From assembly GCA_007378955.1 (NCBI GenBank), contig VMGY01000007.1, positions 8,644 through 72,643 on the forward strand: a stretch of DNA of 64,000 bases, read 5' to 3'. Position numbers and translations under genes: made by a program. Shown here one piece after another: positions 8,187-17,600 of this stretch. The notes under the pieces were generated by a model, which worked only from the letters and a program-made list of their open reading frames with translations, had not been told where the DNA came from and made no database searches. Position 1 is the stretch's first letter, and each line of letters starts with the position of its first letter. The stretch is from Parcubacteria group bacterium Athens0714_12. Lineage in GTDB: Bacteria > Patescibacteriota > Patescibacteriia > UBA2591 > VMGY01.

Positions 8187-9236
8187 TTATTTCAATTCCT
8201 GCGGATTGAACATATAGGCTAAAGCAATTTGCTTGTCAATTAATTTTTCACTGACGAGCCTTTTTAAATCTTGGTCCATACTGACCATACCTTCCTTAGC
8301 GGAAGTTTGAATCACGGCTTTTATTTGGGAAATTTTATTTTCCCTGATTAAATTTCCTACGGCCGGAGTGTTGATTAAAATTTCCCGCGAGGCGATTCGG
8401 CCATTGTCAATTCTGGGCAATAATTGCTGGGAAATCACTCCTTGCAGGGAAATGGATAATTGCAATCTAACTTGAGTTTGCTGGTGAGGAGGAAAAACAT
8501 CAATAATTCTGTCTATGGTTTGGGAAGCGTTTTGAGTGTGCAGAGTGGCTAAAATCAAATGCCCTGTTTCCGCTAAAGTCAAAGCAGTGCCGATAGTTTC
8601 CAAATCGCGCATTTCGCCGACCATAATTACATTCGGGTCCTCTCTGACTACATGTTTTAAAGCATCTCCAAAAGAGAGTATATCACTTCCTAATTGGCGC
8701 TGGCTGATGATGCTTTTTTTAGGAAGAAAAACATATTCAATCGGGTCTTCCATAGTAACTATATGGCATGAGCGTTCTTCATTGATTAAATTTATCATTG
8801 CCGCCAGAGAAGTGGATTTTCCGCAGCCAGTCGGTCCGGTGATTAAAACCAGCCCTTGATTTAAGCGGGCTAATTTATAAGCGATTTTAGGCATTAAAAT
8901 TTCTTCCATATTAGGAAGAGAAGGAAGGATAACTCTCGCCGCTAAAGCCAAATTGCTTTTTTCCCAATAAACATTTATTCTGAATCTGGCTATCCCGTCT
9001 GATTGGTATGAAGTGTCTAATTCTCTCCGAGCTATTAATTTTTCTTTTTCTTGCGAGGTCAGGATGGAAAAAATTATTTCTTGAATCGTGTCTTTGGTCA
9101 GAATATTAATTTTGTCAATTTCTTTCAATTGCCCGTCAATTCTTAAAACAGGCGGCTTGCCGACTATTAAATGAACGTCAGAAGCTTTATTTTGAGCGGC
9201 AATTTTGAAAATCTCGTTGAGGTTTAAATTTTTCAT
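8187..9236 (-). CDS. pilT: type IV pilus retraction ATPase PilT
   Basis: 349 aa; Walker A GPTGCGKST, Asp box and His box; PilT-like N-terminus ASDVHL. Confidence 0.88.
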   Translation of the reverse strand: MKNLNLNEIFKIAAQNKASDVHLIVGKPPVLRIDGQLKEIDKINILTKDTIQEIIFSILTSQEKEKLIARRELDTSYQSDGIARFRINVYWEKSNLALAARVILPSLPNMEEILMPKIAYKLARLNQGLVLITGPTGCGKSTSLAAMINLINEERSCHIVTMEDPIEYVFLPKKSIISQRQLGSDILSFGDALKHVVREDPNVIMVGEMRDLETIGTALTLAETGHLILATLHTQNASQTIDRIIDVFPPHQQTQVRLQLSISLQGVISQQLLPRIDNGRIASREILINTPAVGNLIRENKISQIKAVIQTSAKEGMVSMDQDLKRLVSEKLIDKQIALAYMFNPQELK

Positions 9237-9443
9237 AAATTTTAATTGAAGTTAAATTTTAAATATAGCCTTATTTTAACATAATATAAAATAATGGTAA
9301 ACTATTTATTTAATTAAATACCGGAATTATGCACAAAAGTCCAAAAATCATATTTTGACAATTTTTAATTCTTATTGCCTACTTTCATTTGATATGTTAG
9401 AATAAAACCATTAAATTTTATTAATTATTTATGAGGCATATTT

Positions 9444-10967
9444 ATGACAATTTTAGAATTTTTGTTTATTTTAGTAATTTTTGCGTTAAGCGTTATTATT
9501 GGTTACAATTTGCGAAGATTAATTGCTTCTAAAAAAGCTCTCTCCGCTGAAATCAGGGCGGAAAAATTAGTTTCTGAAGCAAAAGAAAAGCAAAAGGAAA
9601 TTTTATTTCAAGCCAAGGAAAAAGCTCTTAAATTATTAGAAGAAGCGGAAAAAGAAGAACAAAAAAGGAGAAGAGAATTAAATTATCTCCAGCAAAGATT
9701 ATCAAAGAGAGAATCTCTTTTTGACCAGAAATTGTTGGATTTGGAAAACAAACAGCAGCAGCTTTACGACAAGGCTGATAAAATAGAAAAATTAAAACAG
9801 GAAATTCAGGAGATAAAAAATGAACAGTCTGATAAATTGGAAAAAATCGCTAATTTTTCTAAAGAAGAAGCCAAAAAAGTCTTATTGGAAAACGTGGAAA
9901 AGGAAATTAAAGAGGAAATTGCTCAGAGAATAAGAAAGTTAGAAAGCCAATCGCAGGAAGAACTTGAAAAAAAGGCAAAACATTTATTAAGTTTGGCAAT
10001 AGAAAGATGTTCCACTTCCCACGCGGCCGAAACTACGACCAGCTTGCTTAGCATTCCTTCTGATGAAATGAAAGGAAGGATTATCGGCCGGGAAGGGAGA
10101 AATATAAAAGCCATAGAACAGTTGACTGGCGTGGAAATTATCGTTGATGACACGCCCGAAGCGATTTTAATTTCCGCTTTTAATCCTATCCGCCGCCAAG
10201 TGGCTAAAAAAGCTTTAGAAAAATTAATTTTAGACGGCAGAATTCATCCCGGCAGAATTGAAGAAAAGGTGGAAGAAGCGAAAAAAGAATTAGCTTTGGA
10301 AATAAAAAAAGCCGGCGAGGAAGCGGCGTATGAATTAGGCATTGCCGGTTTAGACCCAAAACTCATTCAGATCGTCGGAAGATTAAAATATAGAACCAGC
10401 TATGGACAAAATGTTTTGCAGCATAGCATAGAAGTGGCTCATTTATCCGCTCTTTTGGCCGGAGAATTAGGCGCCAATGTCAGCATTGCCAAAAAGGCCG
10501 GATTTTTGCATGATATCGGCAAAGCAATAGACCAGGAGACAGAAGGGACCCATCCGGAATTGGGCGCGGAAATAGCAAAAAAATTCAATCTTTCAGAAGA
10601 AATTATCGCGCCGATTTTAACTCACCATCAGGATAATCCGCCAACTTTGGAAGCGATTATCGTCAAATCAGCTGACGCGGTTTCAGGCGCTCGTCCGGGA
10701 GCGAGAAGGGATTCGTACGAGCAATACATAAAACGTTTGGAGGAATTAGAAAATTTGGCTAAAACTTTTGATGGCGTGGAGAGAGTTTACGCCATCCAGG
10801 CAGGCAGAGAAGTAAGGGTTTTTGTGACTCCTTCTAAAATTGACGACGCGCAAGCTTTGAAATTATCCCGCCAAATAGCCAACAAAATAGAACAAGAGCT
10901 GAAATATCCGGGCGAAATAAAAGTCGCGGTTATCAGGGAAACAAGAGTAATTGAGTACGCAAGATAA
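9444..10967 (+). CDS. rny: ribonuclease Y
   Basis: N-terminal TM helix, coiled coil, KH domain (KGRIIGREGRNIKAIE), HD domain (HDIGKA). Confidence 0.9.
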   Translation: MTILEFLFILVIFALSVIIGYNLRRLIASKKALSAEIRAEKLVSEAKEKQKEILFQAKEKALKLLEEAEKEEQKRRRELNYLQQRLSKRESLFDQKLLDLENKQQQLYDKADKIEKLKQEIQEIKNEQSDKLEKIANFSKEEAKKVLLENVEKEIKEEIAQRIRKLESQSQEELEKKAKHLLSLAIERCSTSHAAETTTSLLSIPSDEMKGRIIGREGRNIKAIEQLTGVEIIVDDTPEAILISAFNPIRRQVAKKALEKLILDGRIHPGRIEEKVEEAKKELALEIKKAGEEAAYELGIAGLDPKLIQIVGRLKYRTSYGQNVLQHSIEVAHLSALLAGELGANVSIAKKAGFLHDIGKAIDQETEGTHPELGAEIAKKFNLSEEIIAPILTHHQDNPPTLEAIIVKSADAVSGARPGARRDSYEQYIKRLEELENLAKTFDGVERVYAIQAGREVRVFVTPSKIDDAQALKLSRQIANKIEQELKYPGEIKVAVIRETRVIEYAR

Positions 10968-10981
10968 TTATTTATAATTTT

Positions 10982-11782
10982 ATGAATTTAAGAGTTTTAA
11001 TCTTCGGCGATGTGATGGGAGGAATCGGCAGAAAAGCGATAGCCAAAATATTGCCTAAATTAAAAAAAGAGCTTAAGCCGGATTTAATCATCGCTAACGC
11101 GGAAAATATCGCTCATGGCAAAGGCATTACCCAAAAAACTTTGGAAGAATTGAAAAAAGCCGGAGTGGATTTTTTTACTTCCGGCGACCATGTCTTTGAT
11201 AAAAAAGAAATCATTCCGGTTTTGGAGGATAAAAATTCTCCTCTTATCAGGCCGGCGAATTATCCGCCGCTTGCTTCCGGCTTTGGCTATAAAATAGTTG
11301 AAATCGGCATAAGAAAAATTTTGATGATAAATTTAATTGGCCGGGTTTTTATGAAAGGCGACTATGACTGCCCTTTCAGAAAATTCGATCAGATTTTAGA
11401 AGAAACAAAAAATGAAAAATTGAACGCGGTGATTGTGGATTTTCATACCGAAGCGACTTCGGAAATAAGGGCTTTTAGTTTTTATGCTGATGGCAGAGCA
11501 AGTATAGTGTTTGGAACCCACACTCATGTTCCTACATCCGACAATCAGATTTTAGCGGAAGGAACCGGGTATGTTTCAGATGTGGGAATGGCGGGAGCGA
11601 AAGATTCTGTTTTGGGCGTGGACAAAGAGAATATTATCAAAAATTTTTTAACCCAAATGCCGTTTGAACATCAAATTCCTGAAACCGGCAAAGCGATTAT
11701 CAACGCGATTTTTTTAGAAATCAATCCTAAAAATAAAAAAGCGGAAAAAATCAAAAGGGTTGATAAAGAAGTGGAAATTTAA
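10982..11782 (+). CDS. ymdB: YmdB-like metallophosphoesterase (2',3'-cyclic-nucleotide phosphodiesterase family), conserved partner of RNase Y
   Basis: VLIFGDVMG...ANAEN...GHG motifs; synteny rny-ymdB as in Firmicutes. Confidence 0.8.
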   Translation: MNLRVLIFGDVMGGIGRKAIAKILPKLKKELKPDLIIANAENIAHGKGITQKTLEELKKAGVDFFTSGDHVFDKKEIIPVLEDKNSPLIRPANYPPLASGFGYKIVEIGIRKILMINLIGRVFMKGDYDCPFRKFDQILEETKNEKLNAVIVDFHTEATSEIRAFSFYADGRASIVFGTHTHVPTSDNQILAEGTGYVSDVGMAGAKDSVLGVDKENIIKNFLTQMPFEHQIPETGKAIINAIFLEINPKNKKAEKIKRVDKEVEI

Positions 11783-11805
11783 TAGAATTTAAAAAATAAT
11801 TTGTC

Positions 11806-11890
11806 AGATTAAAATTTTGGTTACAGCCCGCCTTCGTCCTTCGCTTTCAGTCCAGGTTTCGGCGGGCGCTCAATTTTGTAACCAAATTAA
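11806..11890 (+). promoter_or_regulatory. nested GC-rich hairpin (outer tttggttaca/tgtaaccaaa, inner gcccgcc/ggcgggc) between ymdB and hup; terminator and/or 5'-leader structure of hup
   Basis: Inverted repeats read from the sequence; strong RBS (aagggggtg) 8 nt before the hup ATG. Confidence 0.4.
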
Positions 11891-11927
11891 AAATTTGGAC
11901 AAAATTGGCGAAAGGGGGTGAAAATAA

Positions 11928-12200
11928 ATGAATAAAACTGAATTATGCGATAAAATTTCCGAGAAAGAGAATTTGCCTCGAGCCCAAGCTAATAGAGTGG
12001 TGGAATTAATTATTGAAACTATTATTTCCACTTTAAAATCAGGCGATGAAGTGGCTTTAACCGGTTTTGGCACTTTTTCCGCCAAAAATAGAGCCGCCCG
12101 CCAGGGCGTTAATCCTAAAACAGGAGAAAAACTTCAAATTCCGGCGATGACCGTGCCTAAATTCAAAGCAGGCAAATTTTTGAAAGACGCGTTGAAATAA
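11928..12200 (+). CDS. hup: DNA-binding protein HU
   Basis: 90 aa; GFGTF...R.GRNP.TGE beta-arm signature. Confidence 0.92.
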   Translation: MNKTELCDKISEKENLPRAQANRVVELIIETIISTLKSGDEVALTGFGTFSAKNRAARQGVNPKTGEKLQIPAMTVPKFKAGKFLKDALK

Positions 12201-12227
12201 AATAGATATTCATTTCAGATAAAAGCT

Positions 12228-12275
12228 AAAAATCCATACTTTAAAAATTTTAAATTTTTAAGTATGGATTTTTAT
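12228..12275 (+). terminator. rho-independent terminator after hup (stem aaaaatccatactt / aagtatggattttt followed by T-run)
   Basis: 14-bp perfect stem plus T-tract. Confidence 0.7.
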
Positions 12276-12355
12276 TAACAAAAAAATAAAATTTAATTTT
12301 TTAAAATTTATTCAACGATAAAAGTTATAAAATCATTTTATTTTATTAAAAAATT

Positions 12356-12931
12356 ATGATACATTTGAATTTAGACAAGATGATGGCATTAAAAATCAGT
12401 GATAAAAATATAGAAAAAGCGAGAAAGATAATCAAAAAAGGAGGCGTGATTATTTATCCCACGGACACGCTTTACGGCTTAGGAACGGATATTTTTAATT
12501 TGGAAGCAATTGGAAAAATTTTTAAAATTAAAAAAAGGGATTTTGGAAAACCGATTTCAGTAATGGTTTCTGATTTTGAAGAAATAAAAAAACTGGCCTT
12601 TGTGGGCAGGAAGCAGAAAGAAAAAATCAAAGAATTATTGCCCGGTCCTTATACAATTATTTTAAAAAAGAAAAAAATTGTTTCCGGCCTTCTGACCGCG
12701 GGGAGTAGTAAAGTGGGAATTAGGATTCCTGACAATGAATTTTGCCGGGCCTTAGCCAAAGATTTGCCGATCACCACCACCAGCGCCAATATTTCAGGCG
12801 AAAAAGATTTTAATTTTAAAAAATTAAAAGGCGTGGATTTGATTTTTACCGGCGGGAAAATCAGCGGCGAAGCTTCCACGATCATTGATTTAACTAAAAG
12901 GCCGTTTAAAATTTTAGAAAGAAAAAGATGA
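12356..12931 (+). CDS. tsaC: L-threonylcarbamoyladenylate synthase (TsaC/Sua5/YrdC family)
   Basis: 191 aa; IIYPTDTLYGLG and SANISG motifs. Confidence 0.8.
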   Translation: MIHLNLDKMMALKISDKNIEKARKIIKKGGVIIYPTDTLYGLGTDIFNLEAIGKIFKIKKRDFGKPISVMVSDFEEIKKLAFVGRKQKEKIKELLPGPYTIILKKKKIVSGLLTAGSSKVGIRIPDNEFCRALAKDLPITTTSANISGEKDFNFKKLKGVDLIFTGGKISGEASTIIDLTKRPFKILERKR

Positions 12932-13866
12932 TAAAAAAGAAAAAAATCAGAGCGATTGTTTTGTTTTCCGGCGGCCTGGATTCTATTTTGGCGATTAAAA
13001 TTTTGGAAAAACAAAAAATAGAAATTCTGGCTTTGATTTTTGAAAGTTATTTTTTTAACGGCGAGGAGGCGGAAAAAATCGCCAAAGAATTAAAATTTAA
13101 TTTTAGGATTTTTGATTTTTCCGAAGAACATTTGAAGATGGTAAAAAATCCAAAATACGGCTATGGCAGGGCAATGAATCCTTGCGTGGATTGCCACGCC
13201 TTAATGTTGAAAAAAGCCAAGGAAATAATGGAAAAAGAAAAATTTGATTTTGTCGCCACGGGCGAAGTTTTGGGCGAGCGGCCGATGAGCCAGAACGCCG
13301 GCGCGCTTAAATTAATAGAAAAACAATCCGCTTTGGATGGTTATTTGATCAGGCCTTTATCGGCGAAACTTTTAATTGAGTCAATTCCTGAAAAATCAGG
13401 CTGGATAAAAAGAAGCGAGCTTTTGGACATTTCCGGCCGGTCAAGAAAAAGGCAAATTGCTTTAGCTGAAGAATTCGCCATAAAAAATTATCCTTCTCCT
13501 GCCGGCGGCTGTCTTTTGACTGAATCGGCATTTGGGGAACGTTTAAAAAAACTTTTAATCAATTGCCCGAATTGCGGGGGCAATGACATAGAATTATTAA
13601 AATCAGGCAGGCATTTATGGGAAAATGGGGCGAAGATAATAATAGGCAGGAACAAAGATGAAAATGAAAAATTGGGGGAAAGCGCGAAAAAGGGCGATAT
13701 TTTAATTCAATTAAAAGATTATCCCGGGCCTTTGACGATTATTAGGAATTATCAAAAAGGAAAAATTAAAAAAGAAATTTTGGATAAAGCGAGAGAATTA
13801 ACTCAATATTATTCTCTTAAGGCAAGAAATAAAAAAGATTTAAAATTTAAAGAAAAGATTTTTTAA
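12928..13866 (+). CDS. PP-loop (adenine-nucleotide alpha-hydrolase) ATPase, probable tRNA thiolation/modification enzyme (ThiI/MnmA-like); exact family not resolved
   Basis: SGGLDS PP-loop motif, NPCVDCH and C-terminal CPNCG cysteines; sits beside tsaC. Confidence 0.5.
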   Translation: MIKKKKIRAIVLFSGGLDSILAIKILEKQKIEILALIFESYFFNGEEAEKIAKELKFNFRIFDFSEEHLKMVKNPKYGYGRAMNPCVDCHALMLKKAKEIMEKEKFDFVATGEVLGERPMSQNAGALKLIEKQSALDGYLIRPLSAKLLIESIPEKSGWIKRSELLDISGRSRKRQIALAEEFAIKNYPSPAGGCLLTESAFGERLKKLLINCPNCGGNDIELLKSGRHLWENGAKIIIGRNKDENEKLGESAKKGDILIQLKDYPGPLTIIRNYQKGKIKKEILDKARELTQYYSLKARNKKDLKFKEKIF

Positions 13867-14100
13867 AGCGCAATTAAATTTTATTATCAAGCGAGCGAGA
13901 GAAGTGATATGCCTTAAAGCATATCACTTCCGAGCGAGCGCGGATAATACAGGGTTAATACCCCGTCAGCTTGCTCCGGGGTTTAATACCCTTTATTTTG
14001 TGGTAGAATAAAGTCAAATGAATTTTATATGTTCGAATAAAAAAATTCATCCGCGAATATTGAAGCATTTAAAAAATATTTAAACGCGGAATTTTGAAGT

Positions 14101-15579
14101 ATGAAGAACTTGGTTATTTTACTAATTATTCTTGTTTTGATATTTTTAGCCTTATTTTTCATGCCTCATAAAGAAAATATGCCCAAAAAAGAATTATCCG
14201 TTAGAGAGTGCGTGGCGGCCGGAATGTTTTATCCCGCGGAAAAAGAAATTTTAGAAAAGCAAATTAAAGATTTTTTGGCGCGAGTGAAAAAAACGGAAAA
14301 TAACCCTAAAATTTTAATTGTTCCCCATGCCGGCTATGATTATTCCGGCCAAGTTGCCGCTTACGCTTTCAAACAATTGGAAGGGGAAAATTTTGAAAGA
14401 GTTGTTTTAATCGGGCCTTCTCATTACGATTATTTTGACGGCCTCGCGCTTTCCGAAGATGATTTTTGGCAGACGCCTTTGGGAAAAGCGGAAGTGGACC
14501 ATAATTTTTATCAAGAATTATTAAAAGAAAATAAAAATATTTTTTATCGCCAAATCAGCCATCAGCAAGAGCATAGCTTGGAAGTTGAACTGCCGTTTTT
14601 ACAAACTGTTTTAAAAGATTTTAAAATCGCGCCGATTATGATCAGCGGTTTAAACGCGGAAATTTTAGCTGAAGCGCTAAAGAATTTAATAGATGAAAAA
14701 ACTTTGGTTGTAATTTCTTCGGATTTATCGCATTACCCGCCCTATGAAATCGCCAATCAAACAGATAAAAAAACGATTGAAGCGATTTTAAGCGGCAAGG
14801 CGGAAAATTTTGAAAAAGCAATTCAAGAATCAATGAGCCAAAATTCAGAAAACTTGGATACTTGCGCCTGCGGCGGAGAGCCAATAAAAACAGCTTTGCT
14901 TTTAGCCAGAGATTTAGAGATTAAAGATATTAAACTTTTAAAATACGCTAATTCCGGCGATACAAGCAACGATTATTCAAAAGTTGTGGGATACGCGAGT
15001 ATTATTTTTTCAAAAAATGATGAAGATTTTTTGTCTGAAACGGAAAAACAAGAGCTTTTAAAAATCGCCCGCCAAAGCATTGAGAATTATTTTAAAGGAA
15101 ATAAAATGTTGGAATTTGAAGTTGCTTTTAAAAGATTGAAACAGCCGCAAGGGGCTTTTGTAACTTTAAGAAAAGGACAGCAATTAAGAGGATGCATCGG
15201 CATCATTGAAGAAAGGGAAATGCCTTTATATAAAGTGGTGTCGCAAATGGCGATTGCCGCGGCTTTTGAAGACCCGCGATTTATTCCGGTTAGCGCGCAA
15301 GAAATGGATGAGCTTAAAATCGAAATTTCCGTTTTATCGCCTTTGAAAAAAATCAGCGACCCGTTTAAGGAAATTGAAATCAACAAGCATGGCGTGATTA
15401 TAAAAAAAGGTTCTAATTCCGGCGTGTTTTTGCCGCAGGTTGCCGCGGAAAATAATTGGGATTTGGAAACTTTTATGAACGAGCTTTGCCAAAACAAAGC
15501 CGGTTTGCCGAAAACCATCTGGAAAACCGGCAAAGCGGATATTTATATTTTTAGCGCTGAAATTTTTGAGGAGAAATAA
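14101..15579 (+). CDS. fusion of AmmeMemoRadiSam system protein B (MEMO1-like) and protein A (AMMECR1 domain)
   Basis: N-half IVPHAGYDYSGQVAAYAF (MEMO1); C-half GAFVTLRKGQQLRGCIG (AMMECR1); N-terminal TM helix. Confidence 0.75.
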   Translation: MKNLVILLIILVLIFLALFFMPHKENMPKKELSVRECVAAGMFYPAEKEILEKQIKDFLARVKKTENNPKILIVPHAGYDYSGQVAAYAFKQLEGENFERVVLIGPSHYDYFDGLALSEDDFWQTPLGKAEVDHNFYQELLKENKNIFYRQISHQQEHSLEVELPFLQTVLKDFKIAPIMISGLNAEILAEALKNLIDEKTLVVISSDLSHYPPYEIANQTDKKTIEAILSGKAENFEKAIQESMSQNSENLDTCACGGEPIKTALLLARDLEIKDIKLLKYANSGDTSNDYSKVVGYASIIFSKNDEDFLSETEKQELLKIARQSIENYFKGNKMLEFEVAFKRLKQPQGAFVTLRKGQQLRGCIGIIEEREMPLYKVVSQMAIAAAFEDPRFIPVSAQEMDELKIEISVLSPLKKISDPFKEIEINKHGVIIKKGSNSGVFLPQVAAENNWDLETFMNELCQNKAGLPKTIWKTGKADIYIFSAEIFEEK

Positions 15580-17325
15580 ATGAAAGAATCAAAATTAAAA
15601 AAATATCAGCAGAAAAGAAAATTTGAAATCACGCCGGAGCCGGAAGGAAAGATAGAAAAAAGCGAATTAAAAAGGTTTGTCGTCCATAAACACCAAGCTC
15701 GGCATTTGCACTATGATTTTCGTCTGGAAATGGAGGGTGTCTTAAAATCTTGGGCCGTGCCCAAAGGAGTGCCGGAGAAGCCAAATGTAAAAAGACTTGC
15801 CATTGAAGTAGAAAATCATCCGGTTTGTTTGGCTCCTTTTACAAAAGTTAATGCCCCGGGAGGCGAAAAAAGTATTAGAAAAAATTTTTCTAAAATTTTT
15901 TCTTATAATTTTCAAAATAGGAAAGTAGAATCTAAAAAAATAACAGCTTTTTCTAAAAGAGAAATAAATAATGATGAAATTACTTTATATTTTCATCAGG
16001 GAAAACCATTAAAAAAATTGTGTTGTACCCTGAATCATGAAATATTTGCTCCTCAAGGTAAAAAACAAGCATTTCAACTTAAAAAAGATGATTTTATTTT
16101 TATTTTAAAAGAGACATTTCAAAAAAGGAAGAAGGAGTTACTTTTAGGTATGCTTTTGGGAGATGCGGGATTAGAAAGCAACGGTTCTTACAGTAACACA
16201 GCCATTGTTTCTTTTACCCACTCTATTTCTCAAAGAGATTATTTACTTACAAAATGCAGACTGCTTAATTTAAAATTTCATTTTCAGAATTATCCTTCAA
16301 AAATACAAAGAATTAAAAATTATACTGCCTACTTTAAACCATCAATCAGGGCGGTGAGTAAGACTTACCCTTTTCTTTATGATCTTTATCTACTTTGTTA
16401 TAAAAACGGAAGAAAAACTCTTACTAAAGAATGGCTAAATCAATTAAGTGAAGTTTCTCTGGCTTATTTTTATCTCGACGACGGCAGTTTATTAAAAGAT
16501 AAAAATAAAATGAACATTCATGCTATAGAGCTATCTACCCAAGGATTTACAAAGAAAGAACAGTTATTACTTAAAGAAGTGATAGAAAAAAAATTTGGTC
16601 TTAAGACTAATATATATCGAATAAATAGTGGAAGCGGTTGGAGGTTAAGAATTTCTAGCGTAAAAAAATTTTTTTCTTTAATTTCCCCATGGATTCCTTT
16701 AAAAATTATGGATTATAAGATAGGTAAGCATTGTCCTGTTTGTGGAAATTCAGTCCCTGGTTTTAAAAATCATTTTTGTTCTTATTGTTTGTTGAATTAT
16801 TTAAGAAAATTAAAATATCCTTCTTATGCCGATTATTGTAGGTTGAGGTATTATGAGAAAAGAGGTGGCGTTGCCCCAAAAACTTTTCAGAATTATTTTG
16901 GAAGTTGGGCTAACGCCATTAAATTAGCAAAAGAAAATAAATTAGTAGTTTCAGGCCAGAGGGGGAGTAAAGTAAAAGAAATTAAAAATGAAAGAATGAA
17001 AAAGGATATAGGAATAGCCAAAATCAGAGAGATTAGAAAAAAATGGAATCCCGAAAGAAAGTATGCACATGATATTCAAGTTAAGGATAATCATAATTTT
17101 TTTGCAAATGGAGTTTTGGTAGGAAATTCTTACATTGATTTTTTTGGCGTTATTCCCGAAGGTTCTTACGGCGCCGGCAACGTGGAAATTTGGGACAAGG
17201 GAGAATATGAATTATTGGAGAAAAGCAAAAAAACGATTAAATTCAGATTAAAGGGCGAAAAATTAAAAGGCGAATATATTTTGGTTTTAATGAAAGAAAA
17301 TAACTGGCTGATTTATAAATTGTAA
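15580..17325 (+). CDS. stand-alone LigD-type 3'-phosphoesterase (PE) domain protein interrupted by an intein (host exteins 82 + 65 aa)
   Basis: Extein N: RFVVHKHQARHLHYDFRLEMEGVLKSWAVPKG...VENHPV; extein C: SYIDFFGVIPEGSYGAGNVEIWDKGEY - LigD PE domain signatures. Confidence 0.75.
   Translation: MKESKLKKYQQKRKFEITPEPEGKIEKSELKRFVVHKHQARHLHYDFRLEMEGVLKSWAVPKGVPEKPNVKRLAIEVENHPVCLAPFTKVNAPGGEKSIRKNFSKIFSYNFQNRKVESKKITAFSKREINNDEITLYFHQGKPLKKLCCTLNHEIFAPQGKKQAFQLKKDDFIFILKETFQKRKKELLLGMLLGDAGLESNGSYSNTAIVSFTHSISQRDYLLTKCRLLNLKFHFQNYPSKIQRIKNYTAYFKPSIRAVSKTYPFLYDLYLLCYKNGRKTLTKEWLNQLSEVSLAYFYLDDGSLLKDKNKMNIHAIELSTQGFTKKEQLLLKEVIEKKFGLKTNIYRINSGSGWRLRISSVKKFFSLISPWIPLKIMDYKIGKHCPVCGNSVPGFKNHFCSYCLLNYLRKLKYPSYADYCRLRYYEKRGGVAPKTFQNYFGSWANAIKLAKENKLVVSGQRGSKVKEIKNERMKKDIGIAKIREIRKKWNPERKYAHDIQVKDNHNFFANGVLVGNSYIDFFGVIPEGSYGAGNVEIWDKGEYELLEKSKKTIKFRLKGEKLKGEYILVLMKENNWLIYKL
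15826..17127 (+). mobile_element. intein (434 aa) with LAGLIDADG homing endonuclease domain and a C-terminal Cys-rich zinc-finger-like segment
   Basis: Begins at Cys (CLAPF), ends ...DNHNFFANGVLVGN followed by +1 Ser; two LAGLIDADG motifs (LLGMLLGDAGLES, LAYFYLDDGSL); in-frame within the PE-domain gene. Confidence 0.8.
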
Positions 17326-17398
17326 AAAAGTTTGAGATTGATTTTTTTTAAATAATAATTTATTATGTTATTAATCAAATTTTTTATTGATTAAATTC

Positions 17399-17473
17399 GC
17401 GGGTATCGTATAGCGGCTATTATATCTCCTTGCCAAGGAGAAGATACGGGTTCGACTCCCGTTACCCGCTCCA
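17399..17473 (+). tRNA. tRNA-Gly (anticodon GCC)
   Basis: Manual fold: acceptor gcgggta/tacccgc, anticodon stem tctcc/ggaga with loop ttGCCaa, T-loop ttcgact, encoded CCA. Confidence 0.85.
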
Positions 17474-17600
17474 AGATTTGACCTATAAGTCAATTTTACT
17501 CTACTTGACTGTGGATAAGAATTTACTGACCTTTTGGTCTTTTTTTATTGCGTAATTATTTGCAAGAAAAAAGCTATTTGATAGAATTAAAAGAATAGCT

